This document shows, piece by piece, positions 38,600 through 48,547 of a DNA stretch of 64,000 nucleotides. Origin of the DNA: an uncultured Gammaproteobacteria bacterium (lineage in GTDB: Bacteria > Patescibacteriota > Patescibacteriia > SG8-24); NCBI GenBank assembly GCA_964626205.1, contig CAZVED010000002.1:23708-87707 (forward strand). The letters run 5' to 3'. The position numbers were made by a program, and so were the translations under genes. Every line of letters begins with the position of its first letter. Positions within the stretch are counted from its first letter, which is position 1. The notes beneath the pieces were generated by a model, which was not told where the DNA came from, ran no database searches, and was given only the letters and a program-made list of their open reading frames with translations.

Positions 38600-39538
38600 A
38601 TGATCCGCATTGTCTATTTCGGAACCTCGCGCTTCGCCGTGACTCCCTTGCTCCGTTTGCTCGAACAGCCGGACGTTTTCAAGGTGGTTGCCGTCGTTTC
38701 GCAACCGGACCGTCCGGTCGGACGTAAGGCCGTCCTCACGCCCACGCCGGTTTCCGTCGCGGCGCTGGAAAAAAGTCTGCCGCTCTTCCGCTACGAAAAG
38801 ATCCGTACGCCGGAGATACTTGAGGAGCTCCGCTCGTTCGAAGCGGACGTGTTCGTGGTCGCGGCGTACGGCCGCATTATCCCGCAGACCATCTTGGACC
38901 TGCCGCGCATTGCGCCTATCAACCTCCACGGTTCATTGCTGCCGAAGTATCGTGGCGCCTCCCCTATCCAGGCCGCCATCGCCAACGGCGACGCCGTGAC
39001 CGGCATTTCGTTGATGCAGATGGACGCGGAGATGGATCATGGACCGGTGTATGCGATGATTGAAACGCCGATCGTCGCCACGGACACCTTCGAGACGCTC
39101 GAAGCGAAACTCGCCGACGATGCCGCAGCAATGCTTTTGGGAAAGCTTCCCGCCATCGTCGACGGAACGCTCGTCGCCGTCGAACAAGATCACGCTGCCG
39201 CGACCTCCACCGGACTCATCAAGAAAGAAGACGGTGTCATCGACCCGCTCACCATGTCTGCCGTGCAAATCGAGCACCGTCTTCGCGCCTACACCCCATG
39301 GCCCGGCATGACGTATGTGTGGAGCCGAGGCGACGAGGTGCTCAACCTGAAGCTCCTCTGTGTCGGAGTAACGGACACACCCCTCCTCGCACCTGGAGCG
39401 CACGGCATCACCGCCGACGGCTACCCCGCGCTCGGTACGCGCGAAGGCACGCTCGTGCTCAGCGAGGTACAGCCTGCGGGGAAGAAGTCTATGGATGGAA
39501 AGATATTCCTCAACGGGTACGCGGATTTCATGAAATAA
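38600..39538 (+). CDS. fmt: Methionyl-tRNA formyltransferase
   Basis: Starts MIRIVYFGTSRFAV. Contains NLHGSLLPKYRGASPIQAAI (formyltransferase SLLP motif) and the C-terminal domain. Confidence 0.9.
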   Translation: MIRIVYFGTSRFAVTPLLRLLEQPDVFKVVAVVSQPDRPVGRKAVLTPTPVSVAALEKSLPLFRYEKIRTPEILEELRSFEADVFVVAAYGRIIPQTILDLPRIAPINLHGSLLPKYRGASPIQAAIANGDAVTGISLMQMDAEMDHGPVYAMIETPIVATDTFETLEAKLADDAAAMLLGKLPAIVDGTLVAVEQDHAAATSTGLIKKEDGVIDPLTMSAVQIEHRLRAYTPWPGMTYVWSRGDEVLNLKLLCVGVTDTPLLAPGAHGITADGYPALGTREGTLVLSEVQPAGKKSMDGKIFLNGYADFMK

Positions 39539-39554
39539 GCTCAATGAGGCCAAA

Positions 39555-39602
39555 ACACCCTTGACAAAAGGGTGTTTTTGTGGTATGGTCATGAGCGTAC
39601 CT
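39555..39602 (+). promoter_or_regulatory. fmt terminator hairpin overlapping a TTGACA-N17-TATGGT promoter plus conserved CATGAGCGTACCT
   Basis: ACACCCTT-gacaaa-AGGGTGT-TTTTG hairpin whose loop holds the -35 TTGACA (39561-39566). The -10 TATGGT is at 39584-39589, and the downstream 13 nt are identical to 8456-8468. Confidence 0.5.
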
Positions 39603-39640
39603 GAGTGATTTTTTCTCCTGTTCCTTTTGAGGAGGTTTCC

Positions 39641-39949
39641 ATGTCCCATCCCATTCCGACCGGTCCCGTACACACCATCAAGACGCTCCTGCGTGGCGGC
39701 AAGAGCCTCGAGGAGTCGCTCGCCATCATCCGGCGCGCCGCCGACGAGCTCAACATGAAGGTCGGCCTCCCGACCGCCGACGAGGTGCATGCGTACCTCG
39801 CGCACCGCCGCGACGTGCTCAACGACGTCGCGCTCATGTGCGCGACGACGGAGCCGGACTTCGTCATCGAACCGCCTCCGCCCGGCACGCCGAGCCCGGT
39901 GGTCCGCATCGCGGAAGCCATGCTCGAGCTGCGGCACGAGATCAACTGA
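39641..39949 (+). CDS. Small hypothetical protein (102 aa)
   Basis: Starts MSHPIPTGPVHTIKTLLRGGKSLEESLAIIRRAADELNMKVGL. GAGGAGG lies 8 nt upstream and a terminator at 39967-39994. Confidence 0.5.
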   Translation: MSHPIPTGPVHTIKTLLRGGKSLEESLAIIRRAADELNMKVGLPTADEVHAYLAHRRDVLNDVALMCATTEPDFVIEPPPPGTPSPVVRIAEAMLELRHEIN

Positions 39950-40000
39950 ACTCGCCGCACAACAAGCGACCCCGCACCATACCGGTGCGGGGTCTTTCAT

Positions 40001-40603
40001 TTACTCGCCACGGATGAGTGCAACAAGCTCCGGAAACTCTTCTTGCAAAAAGTGCCCGCGATCCGTGAATGTCACGATCTTCGCGGACGGAAGACGTGTG
40101 GCATAGACCTCCTTATGCGCGAACGGGATGCAGAAATCATCCTGGCTGAAGAACAGCGTGATCTTCCCGCCCCGCTCCGCGAAACGCGACATGTCTTCCG
40201 GTAGCGCGAAGTCCGCGAGCGAATCCTCTGGTCCGGTTGCGCCTGCAGGCGGAGCGACGAGAGCGGTCTGGCGGATGTGTTTCGGAAAATCGCGCTCGGA
40301 AAGATACTGCGCCAAAAAGATGCCGCCGAGCGAATGACCGACGAGCGTCACGTCGTCATGGAGGTACGGAACATATTTCTCGAACCAAATCCTCCACTCC
40401 GCGTACTTCGCATTGAGCTTGTTGGGCATACTCGGCTTCACGATGGCGAAATCGTCACCGAGACGTTCCGCCAACGTATCTTTCCAGCCTTTCGGTGACG
40501 GAACGGACGGATCATCGACCGTGCAGCCGCGCAGGAACGCGACGTACTGCTCGTACGTCGCGAAGGTCTCTCCCCCATGGATGACGACGACCTGACGCGG
40601 CAT
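40001..40603 (-). CDS. Alpha/beta hydrolase (YdeN/RBBP9-like serine hydrolase)
   Basis: Starts MPRQVVVIHGGETF. The nucleophile elbow is LVGHSLGG. Product is 200 aa. Confidence 0.65.
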   Translation of the reverse strand: MPRQVVVIHGGETFATYEQYVAFLRGCTVDDPSVPSPKGWKDTLAERLGDDFAIVKPSMPNKLNAKYAEWRIWFEKYVPYLHDDVTLVGHSLGGIFLAQYLSERDFPKHIRQTALVAPPAGATGPEDSLADFALPEDMSRFAERGGKITLFFSQDDFCIPFAHKEVYATRLPSAKIVTFTDRGHFLQEEFPELVALIRGE

Positions 40604-40604
40604 A

Positions 40605-42185
40605 TCAGGCCTTCACGTCTTCTTGCCGCTCCCCGTACGCGAAAGCCGCCACGAGCATGAGGATACCGATACCGAGCGGATGATTGAGGTACGGACTGAA
40701 GACGTTCGTAGCGAGCAACGCGATGAGTCCGGCCACGACGCCTAACGCGACGACCGGCGCCATGTTGTGCGGCGGGTCAGCCTCGATATGCGGTCGCTTG
40801 AAGGCACCGAGCCCATCGCGGACTTTGCGGACCCATGGCGTGATGATGACGGCAAGGAACCAGGCGTAGACCGCAAGACCGAGCGCACCGAGCTTCACCC
40901 AAAGGTCATGATAGCCCCACTCGAAAGCGAAGGTGGTGTACTCGCCTGTAGGGTTGTCTGCCAGGAGACGTGGATCTTCGGTGCGATACGTCACCTCCTT
41001 GCCGAAGCCGGAGCCGAGAATGGGATATTCCTTGCCAGCAGCGACAAGCTCCGGAAGCAGAATCCAGCGGCTATTGGCCGCAGACTCGCCAGAGAACGAG
41101 AACGCGCGCTTACCGAAGAGCTCTCCAAACGCCACATCCGAGCCTTTCTTCGGGAACGGAAAGGAGTACGTCAGCAAGATCACGGCCATGCCGCCCGCGA
41201 TACCAACGACACCAATGACCGCGAGTCGCTTCCAGACTGCAAGAGACGCGCGAGAAACTGCGAGCACGGCAACGATACTCAGCACGGCAAGCGCTCCCCC
41301 GAACCAGAAACTGCGCGAGAGCGACAGGAGCATTGCCGTTCCCGTCGCGAGCACGAGGGTGAAAAGCACCTTGGGAGCCTTCCCGCGCCACGACGGCATG
41401 AAAGCGAGCTGGAGCACGGCAGTGAACAAGAGGAAGATCGCGAAGACGTGCGCCTGGAAGAAAATGCGGTAAAAGTCGCCGGTCTGGATAGTAATCTCCC
41501 CCACCCGCGTGTCACGGATCCAGATGTATAACGGAGAGGCGGCATAGAACAAACGATGCGAAAAGATGAACTCCACGAAAAGCGCTTTCGCAGTCGTCGT
41601 GAAGATGCTGGCAACGACGACTGCAACGGACGCCATCCGTGCCTCGTGTGAACGAATGACTGTCACGAAGACCGGCAGGAGCGCGAGGTACAGGTACCCG
41701 TTGGCATCGAAGAACACGTTCGCAGCGCCGTTGCCGAGGAGTACACCGCGCGTCACGGCGATAGCGAAGACGGCCACGAGACTGACGGTCGGCGCAAAGA
41801 GCGGATGCTTCGGCAGCGCGCGCCATGCCGCAACCTCGCGCGAACGAGTCGCGGAGTCGAGGATGGCTGCGATACGCTGGGCGACCCAAACACCGACGAC
41901 CGTAAGGAACAACCCCATGCGAAGCGACAAATTGAGGCCGTCCATGAGGCCGTACGAAACAAGATACCCGCCTTGGGAACCAATGCAGAGCTCAGCTAAT
42001 AGCACGAGGAAGGCGAGCGTAAGGTCTTTCGCAGCGAGGAACAACGTCATCGCGAGAATGACGAGGAAAACAATGTCGGAGAAAGCTGGGTACACAAACG
42101 CGCAAAACGACAAGATTTCGAACAGCGTGATGAAGAGCACGCTTGTCGTCAGGACGCGGGAGAAAGATGGTAATGGTTCGTTCAT
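40605..42185 (-). CDS. O-antigen ligase/polymerase-like (Wzy_C) polytopic membrane protein
   Basis: Start taken at MNEPLPSFSRV. At least 10 TM segments. The large external loop carries ...SRSFWFGGALAV... (Wzy_C-like). Confidence 0.55.
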   Translation of the reverse strand: MNEPLPSFSRVLTTSVLFITLFEILSFCAFVYPAFSDIVFLVILAMTLFLAAKDLTLAFLVLLAELCIGSQGGYLVSYGLMDGLNLSLRMGLFLTVVGVWVAQRIAAILDSATRSREVAAWRALPKHPLFAPTVSLVAVFAIAVTRGVLLGNGAANVFFDANGYLYLALLPVFVTVIRSHEARMASVAVVVASIFTTTAKALFVEFIFSHRLFYAASPLYIWIRDTRVGEITIQTGDFYRIFFQAHVFAIFLLFTAVLQLAFMPSWRGKAPKVLFTLVLATGTAMLLSLSRSFWFGGALAVLSIVAVLAVSRASLAVWKRLAVIGVVGIAGGMAVILLTYSFPFPKKGSDVAFGELFGKRAFSFSGESAANSRWILLPELVAAGKEYPILGSGFGKEVTYRTEDPRLLADNPTGEYTTFAFEWGYHDLWVKLGALGLAVYAWFLAVIITPWVRKVRDGLGAFKRPHIEADPPHNMAPVVALGVVAGLIALLATNVFSPYLNHPLGIGILMLVAAFAYGERQEDVKA

Positions 42186-43057
42186 ACGGTGGTACGTTTT
42201 TTGCGGAGACCGAACCATTGTATCAACCAAGCGAGGAGCATGGAAACCGGATGTACAAAGGCGATAATTGCCGCCGCAAGGTCGCCGTGATGGATGCGCG
42301 TGTAGGTCCGGAGGCTCGTGTTGTAGTACCTCTGCTTCTTCACGCCGAATTCCTTCGCGAAGGACGCTCCCCCGTGATGGACCACGGACACTTCCGGCAA
42401 GTACCACGTCTGAATTCCCTTATCTGCCGCGCGCTTGCAGTAATCGACCTCCTCGAACCAAATGAAGTACCGCTCGTCGAGCATGCCAACGTCGCGGATG
42501 ACGGAGCCACGAATGAGGAACGCTGCGCCCATGATCTGCTCCACGCGCTGTGCGGTCCCGTAGTCCATGTCGTCCATGAAGTATCGCGCAAACACCGCGC
42601 TCCGTCGCACGCGCGGCACGTGGTGCGCCTTGAGCATGAGCGGAACCTGCGAAGCGAGCGTAGGAAACCGGCGTACGGACGGCTGCAGGGTCCCATCCGG
42701 GTTCATCATGCGCGGCCCCGCAATGCCGACGTACGGCCGCGCGCGCATAGCCGCGACGAGCGCAGAGATGGCATCCTCACGCAGTTCCGTATCCGGATTG
42801 AGCAGCAGGATGAATTCCCCCTGCGCGCGGCGGATACCTTCGTTGCAAGCGGCGGCGAACCCAGTGTTCCGCGAATTCGCCACGAGCGTGACATGCGGGA
42901 ACTCGGAGGCGACCATCGCCGCAGAACCGTCCGAACTGGCGTTGTCCACGACGAATACTTCGAACGAGACACCTTTCGTGTACTGCGCAACCGAAAGCAA
43001 GCACCGCCGCAGCAGTTCCTTGCCGTTCCAACTCACGATGATAATGCTCACGTCCAT
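42182..43057 (-). CDS. Family 2 glycosyltransferase
   Basis: Starts MDVSIIIVSWNGKELLRRCLLSV. Has DNASSDGS, DxD and QxxRW-type motifs. Confidence 0.8.
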   Translation of the reverse strand: MDVSIIIVSWNGKELLRRCLLSVAQYTKGVSFEVFVVDNASSDGSAAMVASEFPHVTLVANSRNTGFAAACNEGIRRAQGEFILLLNPDTELREDAISALVAAMRARPYVGIAGPRMMNPDGTLQPSVRRFPTLASQVPLMLKAHHVPRVRRSAVFARYFMDDMDYGTAQRVEQIMGAAFLIRGSVIRDVGMLDERYFIWFEEVDYCKRAADKGIQTWYLPEVSVVHHGGASFAKEFGVKKQRYYNTSLRTYTRIHHGDLAAAIIAFVHPVSMLLAWLIQWFGLRKKRTTV

Positions 43058-43067
43058 AGGTACGCCG

Positions 43068-43103
43068 TGTCATTGCGAGGCCCGAAGGGCCGAAACAATC
43101 CCG
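43068..43103. repeat. Single copy of the palindromic repeat unit filling the GT2-GT2 intergenic gap
   Basis: TGTCATTGCGAGG-CCCGAAGGGCC-GAAACAATCCCG matches both arms of the 17944-18034 element. Confidence 0.65.
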
Positions 43104-43105
43104 TG

Positions 43106-43816
43106 CTAATCAGGTAAGTAGTGCTTCTTTTTGAGCACCTCCCGCGCAACATGGAACTTCTCCACCGTCGGAATGGTGATACCGAACCGCTTCCACGGGA
43201 TACGATACATGATGCCCGGCACCCACGTGCTGATGCCGCCCTTGTGCGGAATCGCCCGGAACATGACCCGCGGCACCCACACGCCGGTATGGCCTGCCGC
43301 GAGCATGGTGAGCCACAAGTCCCAATCTTGGAGCCGCCGGATCGATTCGTCGAACCCGGGAAAATGCTCCCGACGGATGAGCGAAGTCGTATGGATGTAA
43401 TTCATGCGGCGAAGGATATCCGCATCGAACGACCAGAGATGAAACGTCTTCCAACCGAACTTGAAGGATGCATAGGCATAAGATGCTTCCGGATGCGCCT
43501 TGAGCGTGTCGAGCATGGTCTGAAGGAAATCCTTCTCCATGACGATGTCCGCATCGCAGAACAGGAGAAAGTCCCCTTGCGCGTCCTTGGCGCCGCGATT
43601 GCGGGCGTGATTGCCGCCATGGTTCTCCTGGCTGATGTAGCTGATGCGATTGAGGTACGGCTGCACGACCTCTTCCGTGCCATCCGTGGATCCATCGTTT
43701 ACCACGATGACCTCGAAGTCCGTGAACGTCTGCGCGAAAATGCCGTCCAAGCACGCCGGAAGCTCCTTGGCGTGCTGGTACGACGGGATGATAATGCTGA
43801 TAACAGGCTTGCTCAT
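43106..43816 (-). CDS. Family 2 glycosyltransferase
   Basis: Starts MSKPVISIIIPSYQHAKELPACLDGIFAQTFTDFEVIVVNDGSTDGT. Has DAD and DxD motifs. Confidence 0.8.
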   Translation of the reverse strand: MSKPVISIIIPSYQHAKELPACLDGIFAQTFTDFEVIVVNDGSTDGTEEVVQPYLNRISYISQENHGGNHARNRGAKDAQGDFLLFCDADIVMEKDFLQTMLDTLKAHPEASYAYASFKFGWKTFHLWSFDADILRRMNYIHTTSLIRREHFPGFDESIRRLQDWDLWLTMLAAGHTGVWVPRVMFRAIPHKGGISTWVPGIMYRIPWKRFGITIPTVEKFHVAREVLKKKHYLPD

Positions 43817-44967
43817 ATGCGCTTTTCGATGATGGCGTCGAATGCTGCCTGCAAACGCTTTACTTCGCGATCCCAGCCGAACGCATCGAGCACGCGAGCG
43901 CGGCCGTCCGCGCCAAGACGTGCAGCAAGCGCCGGATCGTCCATGAGCCGAGCGATTGCCGCCGCCAACGCGTCTGTATCCCCCGGCTCCACGAGCAGGC
44001 CAGTCTTGTCATGCAACACCGCCTCCGGCACACCGCCGGTCCGTGCGCCGATGACCGGCTTACCAAACAGGTTCGCCTCCAAGTACACGGTCCCGAATCC
44101 TTCCACGTCCGCGCCCTCGCTCTTTGACGGCGCTACGAGCGCGTCACAGGCCGCGAAATATGCCGGAAGCTCCTCGCGTCCGACACTCCCCCGAAAAACG
44201 ACGCGGTCGCTCACACCAAGCGTATCGCTCAGCTCCTCAAGACGCTCGCGATCCGGACCGTTGCCGACGATGAGGTACTGCGCAAGCTTCCCTTGCTGCT
44301 TGAGTGCCGCAACCGAACGGATGACGTCGTCATACCCCTTTCGCTTCACAAGACGCCCCGCCGACAGCAGCAGGAACCCGTCCTCCATGCGGTTCTCCCT
44401 GCGGACGCGTCCAGCGACATCGGGTGCAACAACGGTATCCGTCGGAAAGCTTGGGGATGGGTGCACGATCATGATGCGATCTTTTGGAACGCCGAACGCC
44501 TCCGCGAACCCTGCGGTGTATGCGCTGTTCGCCACGACGAGCGCGGCCTCACGCACCACCCGCTTTGCAGCCTCACGCTTACGCGGTGCAGCAACGGAGG
44601 CGAGCGCGATATCCATGCCATGGATGACGACGACATACGGAATGCCACGCTTCCGCTTCTGCCGCAAGGCAATCTGCCCGATAGGCAACAGGTGGCTCAC
44701 CAAGAGCAGGTCCGGCTTTTCCTTGCGACAGAGCCAGTCCGTCCAGAAGAGCGCCGGAAGCCAGCGTGGGCGAAGCCAAGCGGTCTCAAGGTGACGGCGA
44801 TAGGTCGGAACAGGAGAAACGACATCGAACTCGTGTGCACCAGGTTCGTCCGGTGCAAGCACGTTTACCTGCTCTGGCGGCAAGCGCGAAACGACGTTCC
44901 GGAGGTATTCGGCAATGCCTCCGATCCGTGGCGGGTAGTCGAGCGTGACAAGGAGGACGTTCTTCAT
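43813..44967 (-). CDS. Family 4 (GT-B) glycosyltransferase
   Basis: Start MKNVLLVTLDYPPRIGGIAEY. C-terminal EGFG/E-x7-E region is ...SKSEGADVEGFGTVYLEA. Confidence 0.75.
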   Translation of the reverse strand: MKNVLLVTLDYPPRIGGIAEYLRNVVSRLPPEQVNVLAPDEPGAHEFDVVSPVPTYRRHLETAWLRPRWLPALFWTDWLCRKEKPDLLLVSHLLPIGQIALRQKRKRGIPYVVVIHGMDIALASVAAPRKREAAKRVVREAALVVANSAYTAGFAEAFGVPKDRIMIVHPSPSFPTDTVVAPDVAGRVRRENRMEDGFLLLSAGRLVKRKGYDDVIRSVAALKQQGKLAQYLIVGNGPDRERLEELSDTLGVSDRVVFRGSVGREELPAYFAACDALVAPSKSEGADVEGFGTVYLEANLFGKPVIGARTGGVPEAVLHDKTGLLVEPGDTDALAAAIARLMDDPALAARLGADGRARVLDAFGWDREVKRLQAAFDAIIEKRI

Positions 44968-46430
44968 GGCTGCGCAACGATATCGCTGACACCACCTTTC
45001 CGCAGCAGGATACGCGCGAGCGTCCGCATTTCCCCCACCGTGAGCGCGCCGGTCAGGAAGACCGCGCCGACGTACACCGCGACGCCAATAGGGACGAGCA
45101 GGATGAAGTGCGCGAACGGCGCGAGCAACAGCAGCACGGCCCACATGGCAAGAGCGGAGGCGACAATGCGTACCGCCGAAGACGCGAATGCCTTGCCATC
45201 AAACGGTGTCACGTTGCGCGCATACGCGAACGCTCCTGCGAAGAGGACCATATTGCCCACGAGCGCAGCGACAGCGGCACCCACTGCACCCAAGCGCGGC
45301 ACAAGGAGCAGGTTCAAGACGACATTCACGACCATAGTGACACCCATCACTGTCGTGTTCTTCGCCTGGCGGTCAGCAGCATTCAAAAGCGAACCTGCCG
45401 GCCAGTAGAGGAACGCGAAAACGAGCGATAGCATGAGAATCTGCAACGGAAGGATGGAGCCCAAGAACGGCTCACCGTAGACCGTCAGGATGAATGGTCG
45501 CGCAATGGCTGCAACACCCAACGCCAACGGCATTGCGATGACGAGGAGATACTGCAACGTCGCGGTAAAGATCCGTCCAAGCTTGGCATGGTCAGCGATG
45601 TAATACTCGCTCATGGCCGGGTACACGGCCGCGGCGAACGCCATCGGCAGGAACTGGAACGAGAACGCGACCTTGTAGGCGACGCTGTAGATACCAACGG
45701 CGGCCTCTGAGATGATCTTCGAAAGCAAAATAGCATCGATGTAGGAATAGATGCGCGAGAAGATACCAGCGAGCGCGAACGGTACCGTCACGGACCAAAG
45801 AAACCGCACGATGACCGGATCGAGCGACAAGGAGAATCCGACGCCAAAGTGACGACGCATCGCCCATGCCGACCAGATGACGTTCCATGTGGAACCGACC
45901 AAGAGCGCCACCACGAGGAACGGCAGCGGCAGCCCGAATACGATGAAGAGGCTTCCCGCGACGATGGTGCAGGCCTGACCCGTCACGACACCGACAGCCT
46001 CATGCTTGAGGTCCTGGAACCCGCGCATGACCGCGTAGAAGACGAGGTGAATGGAATCGAGCACCATCACGATGGAGGCGATTGCGATCATGACGCGCGT
46101 CTCCACAGGGTAACCGATGAGCCAAGAGGTCAAAAGCGCGGCAATGACCGACCCGATAGCGAAGAGCACCTTGAGGCCAAGGACGTTCGCAAGAAGCGTT
46201 CCTGCCTTCTCGCGATGCTTCGCGACTTCGCGAACGAGGACGTTCGCTAACCCTAAGTCCACGAACACGGACCAAATCGTAGTGAACGAGACCGCGATAA
46301 AGTAGCGCCCCGCGCCCTCCACGCCAACTTGCCGCGCGATAATGCTGAAATACAAAAAGGACAGGAGCTTCTGTCCTACGAACGCGGCGGTAAGATAAGC
46401 GGTATTCCGTGTAACCTGCTCTGCTGCCAT
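44964..46430 (-). CDS. Polysaccharide flippase (Wzx/MOP superfamily)
   Basis: Start MAAEQVTRNTAYLT. About 12-14 TM segments. Overall similarity to RfbX/Wzx polysaccharide biosynthesis proteins. Confidence 0.65.
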   Translation of the reverse strand: MAAEQVTRNTAYLTAAFVGQKLLSFLYFSIIARQVGVEGAGRYFIAVSFTTIWSVFVDLGLANVLVREVAKHREKAGTLLANVLGLKVLFAIGSVIAALLTSWLIGYPVETRVMIAIASIVMVLDSIHLVFYAVMRGFQDLKHEAVGVVTGQACTIVAGSLFIVFGLPLPFLVVALLVGSTWNVIWSAWAMRRHFGVGFSLSLDPVIVRFLWSVTVPFALAGIFSRIYSYIDAILLSKIISEAAVGIYSVAYKVAFSFQFLPMAFAAAVYPAMSEYYIADHAKLGRIFTATLQYLLVIAMPLALGVAAIARPFILTVYGEPFLGSILPLQILMLSLVFAFLYWPAGSLLNAADRQAKNTTVMGVTMVVNVVLNLLLVPRLGAVGAAVAALVGNMVLFAGAFAYARNVTPFDGKAFASSAVRIVASALAMWAVLLLLAPFAHFILLVPIGVAVYVGAVFLTGALTVGEMRTLARILLRKGGVSDIVAQP

Positions 46431-46544
46431 ATCCTCACTAGTATAGGCTGGAATAAGGGGGAAAGCAATCAGCGGGTGATGAAAAAACGGGGCGGCCACA
46501 ATGGCCGCCCCTTGGTCACCTCCTTTCTCTGTCACGAGCCGACA

Positions 46545-46682
46545 TCAGGGTCCGAAACCGTAGTCGCGGAACCCATCAACGAGGTCGTCGATGCCGTCGT
46601 TACCATCCTTGTCGTCGCCGTCACTGGGGCCGGCAAGGAAGAGCGTCGGGTGCGGGTCGTTGGGAATGAGCGTCGGGTGCAT
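46545..46682 (-). CDS. Candidate small acidic peptide (45 aa), not on ORF track
   Basis: Reverse-complement translation is MHPTLIPNDPHPTLFLAGPSDGDDKDGNDGIDDLVDGFRDYGFGP. GGAG lies 8 nt upstream. A GGGGCGGCCA-caat-GGCCGCCCC hairpin followed by a T-run is immediately downstream. Confidence 0.3.
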   Translation of the reverse strand: MHPTLIPNDPHPTLFLAGPSDGDDKDGNDGIDDLVDGFRDYGFGP

Positions 46683-46868
46683 ATCGTTTCTCCTTGGAAG
46701 CGAGGTTGATTGGTCGCTTCCACGCCGGATAGCTACAGCCTCAACGGAAATGGGTCAAATCCCCTCTTTTCTGCCTTATTTTCCTAGTTATCCACAGGCT
46801 TCATCAAAGTTCCCTTCCGCATTGCCAAGGAGGCGTTTCCGGGGTATGGTGGATGGAACCTCAAGCCT

Positions 46869-47252
46869 ATGGAAAACCCTTGGAAAGACCTCGGAGGCCC
46901 TACCTACCGCATCGAGAACCTCGGTCGTCCGGCCGTGTTCCTGATCCCCTCCGTCAAACTCCGCTCCCCAACGCCCTCCGGGAAGACGATTGAGGACGAC
47001 CTCCACGCCTTCCTCTCGGAGACGTTCGGCGCGTTCACCACGACGACCGTGCCGTTCTTCGGTTTCTGGCAGAACGACCACGAACAGCTCGTCTACGACG
47101 AGTGCCGCATGTACGAGGTCTCCTTCGACGGCAAGCACCTCATCCCCCAGCTGCTCACCAAGCTCGCGGAGATTTGCTCCCTTATTGGCGAGGAATGCCT
47201 CTACGTGAAGGCGGGGCAATATTCGGGGCTTTTGTATCCGGAGAAGAAGTGA
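46869..47252 (+). CDS. Hypothetical protein (127 aa)
   Basis: TTGCCA-N17-TATGGT promoter at 46822-46850. A bidirectional terminator follows at 47264-47300. Confidence 0.45.
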   Translation: MENPWKDLGGPTYRIENLGRPAVFLIPSVKLRSPTPSGKTIEDDLHAFLSETFGAFTTTTVPFFGFWQNDHEQLVYDECRMYEVSFDGKHLIPQLLTKLAEICSLIGEECLYVKAGQYSGLLYPEKK

Positions 47253-47314
47253 GTGTGGGGAAACGAAAAGACGTCCCATAAGGGACGTCGTTTCTTGTTT
47301 GCAGGGTCGGCGCC

Positions 47315-47800
47315 TTAGCGCTTTGCCCACTGAGATGCCTTACGAGCCTTCTTGAGACCCGGCTTCTTGCGCTCCTTCTTGCGCGCGTCGCGCGTGAGGA
47401 AGCCAAGCGGCTTGAGCGATCCGCGATAGGTCGGATTGTAGACCAAGAGCGCGCGGGAGATGCCGAGGCGGGATGCTTCGGCCTGGCCGCGGAGACCGCC
47501 TCCGGAAACCGTGAGCGCGACGTTTGCCGACTCGTCGAATCCGACGGCGCGGAGCGGTGCGAGCACCTGCTCCTGGTATTCGAACGTCGGGAAGTATTCC
47601 TTCATCGGACGCTCGTTGACCGTGATCTGACCCTTGCCGTCCATCCAAAGGCGCGTCTTCGCGATGGCGTTCTTGCGGCGGCCGACGGCGTAGACGTACT
47701 CGTCCTTCTTCAGCTTCTTTGCGGCGGACGCGTCGACGACCGGAGCCGTGGCGACGACGACCTCCTCGGTTGTTTCCTGCGTTGTCGTGGTTTCTTCCAT
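47315..47800 (-). CDS. rpsI: 30S ribosomal protein S9 with acidic Thr/Glu-rich N-terminal extension
   Basis: Core is YVYAVGRRKNAIAKTRLW and the C-terminus is GGLRGQAEASRLGISRALL...KKARKASQWAKR. Confidence 0.9.
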   Translation of the reverse strand: MEETTTTQETTEEVVVATAPVVDASAAKKLKKDEYVYAVGRRKNAIAKTRLWMDGKGQITVNERPMKEYFPTFEYQEQVLAPLRAVGFDESANVALTVSGGGLRGQAEASRLGISRALLVYNPTYRGSLKPLGFLTRDARKKERKKPGLKKARKASQWAKR

Positions 47801-47801
47801 A

Positions 47802-48173
47802 TCAGTCGTTGTGAACGGTGAGCCGCTTAAGACGAGGTGCCCGGTGGGTGTTCATAGGGATCATGTTCTTGACCGCCATCTTGAGCACCTTGGACGGATC
47901 CGTGGCCATCATCGTGGTGAGCTTGGTGCTCGTGATGCCGCCCGGGTGGCCGGAGTGCCGGTGGTACACCTTCGTGGCAAGCTTCGTGCCGGTGACCTTC
48001 ATCTTGGCGCAGTTACGCACCTCGACGATGTCGCCCATGTCGAGATGGGCCTGATAGGCAGGCTTGTGCTTACCCTGGAGGATAAGCGCGATTTCGGAGG
48101 CGAGACGACCCGAGCTCTTGCCCGTGGCGTCAATCACCTTCTTCTCGCGGGTAATGTTTGGAATGCGTGGCAT
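47802..48173 (-). CDS. rplM: 50S ribosomal protein L13
   Basis: Start MPRIPNITREKKVIDATGKSSGRLASEIALILQGKHKPAY. The track ORF is extended upstream by a run-through. Confidence 0.9.
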   Translation of the reverse strand: MPRIPNITREKKVIDATGKSSGRLASEIALILQGKHKPAYQAHLDMGDIVEVRNCAKMKVTGTKLATKVYHRHSGHPGGITSTKLTTMMATDPSKVLKMAVKNMIPMNTHRAPRLKRLTVHND

Positions 48174-48183
48174 AGACGTGCGG

Positions 48184-48537
48184 TTACACCAGTTCGATCT
48201 GCACCATTTCCGCCGCGTCGCCCTTGCGGGTGCCGAGCTTGGTGATGCGAACGTAGCCGCCAGCGCGGGACTTATACCGCGGCGCAAGCTCTTCGAGAAC
48301 CTTCTTTCCGACGTTCTCGCTATAGAGACGCTGCACGATAGTACGACGCGCAGTGACGGCATCCTTGGTCTTGCCGGTGGTGATGATGCGCTCCACGAGC
48401 GGGCGGACAGCCTTGGCCTTGGCCTTGGTCGTCTTCACCTTCTCGAAGAGGATGATGCTCGCCGCAAGGTTGCGAAGCAGGGCTTCGCGAGGTGCCTTCT
48501 TACGGTCGAGGATGACTCCTGATTTACGATGACGCAT
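48184..48537 (-). CDS. rplQ: 50S ribosomal protein L17
   Basis: Starts MRHRKSGVILDRKKAPREALLRNLAASIILFEKVKTT. Confidence 0.92.
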   Translation of the reverse strand: MRHRKSGVILDRKKAPREALLRNLAASIILFEKVKTTKAKAKAVRPLVERIITTGKTKDAVTARRTIVQRLYSENVGKKVLEELAPRYKSRAGGYVRITKLGTRKGDAAEMVQIELV

Positions 48538-48547
48538 AAGTGTACGG

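Noticed and set aside
43121-44794. A 557-aa plus-strand ORF antisense to the GT2/GT4 genes.
   Set aside because: It is low-complexity (Ser/Arg/Ala-rich) and has no motifs. The opposite strand encodes glycosyltransferases with clear signatures.
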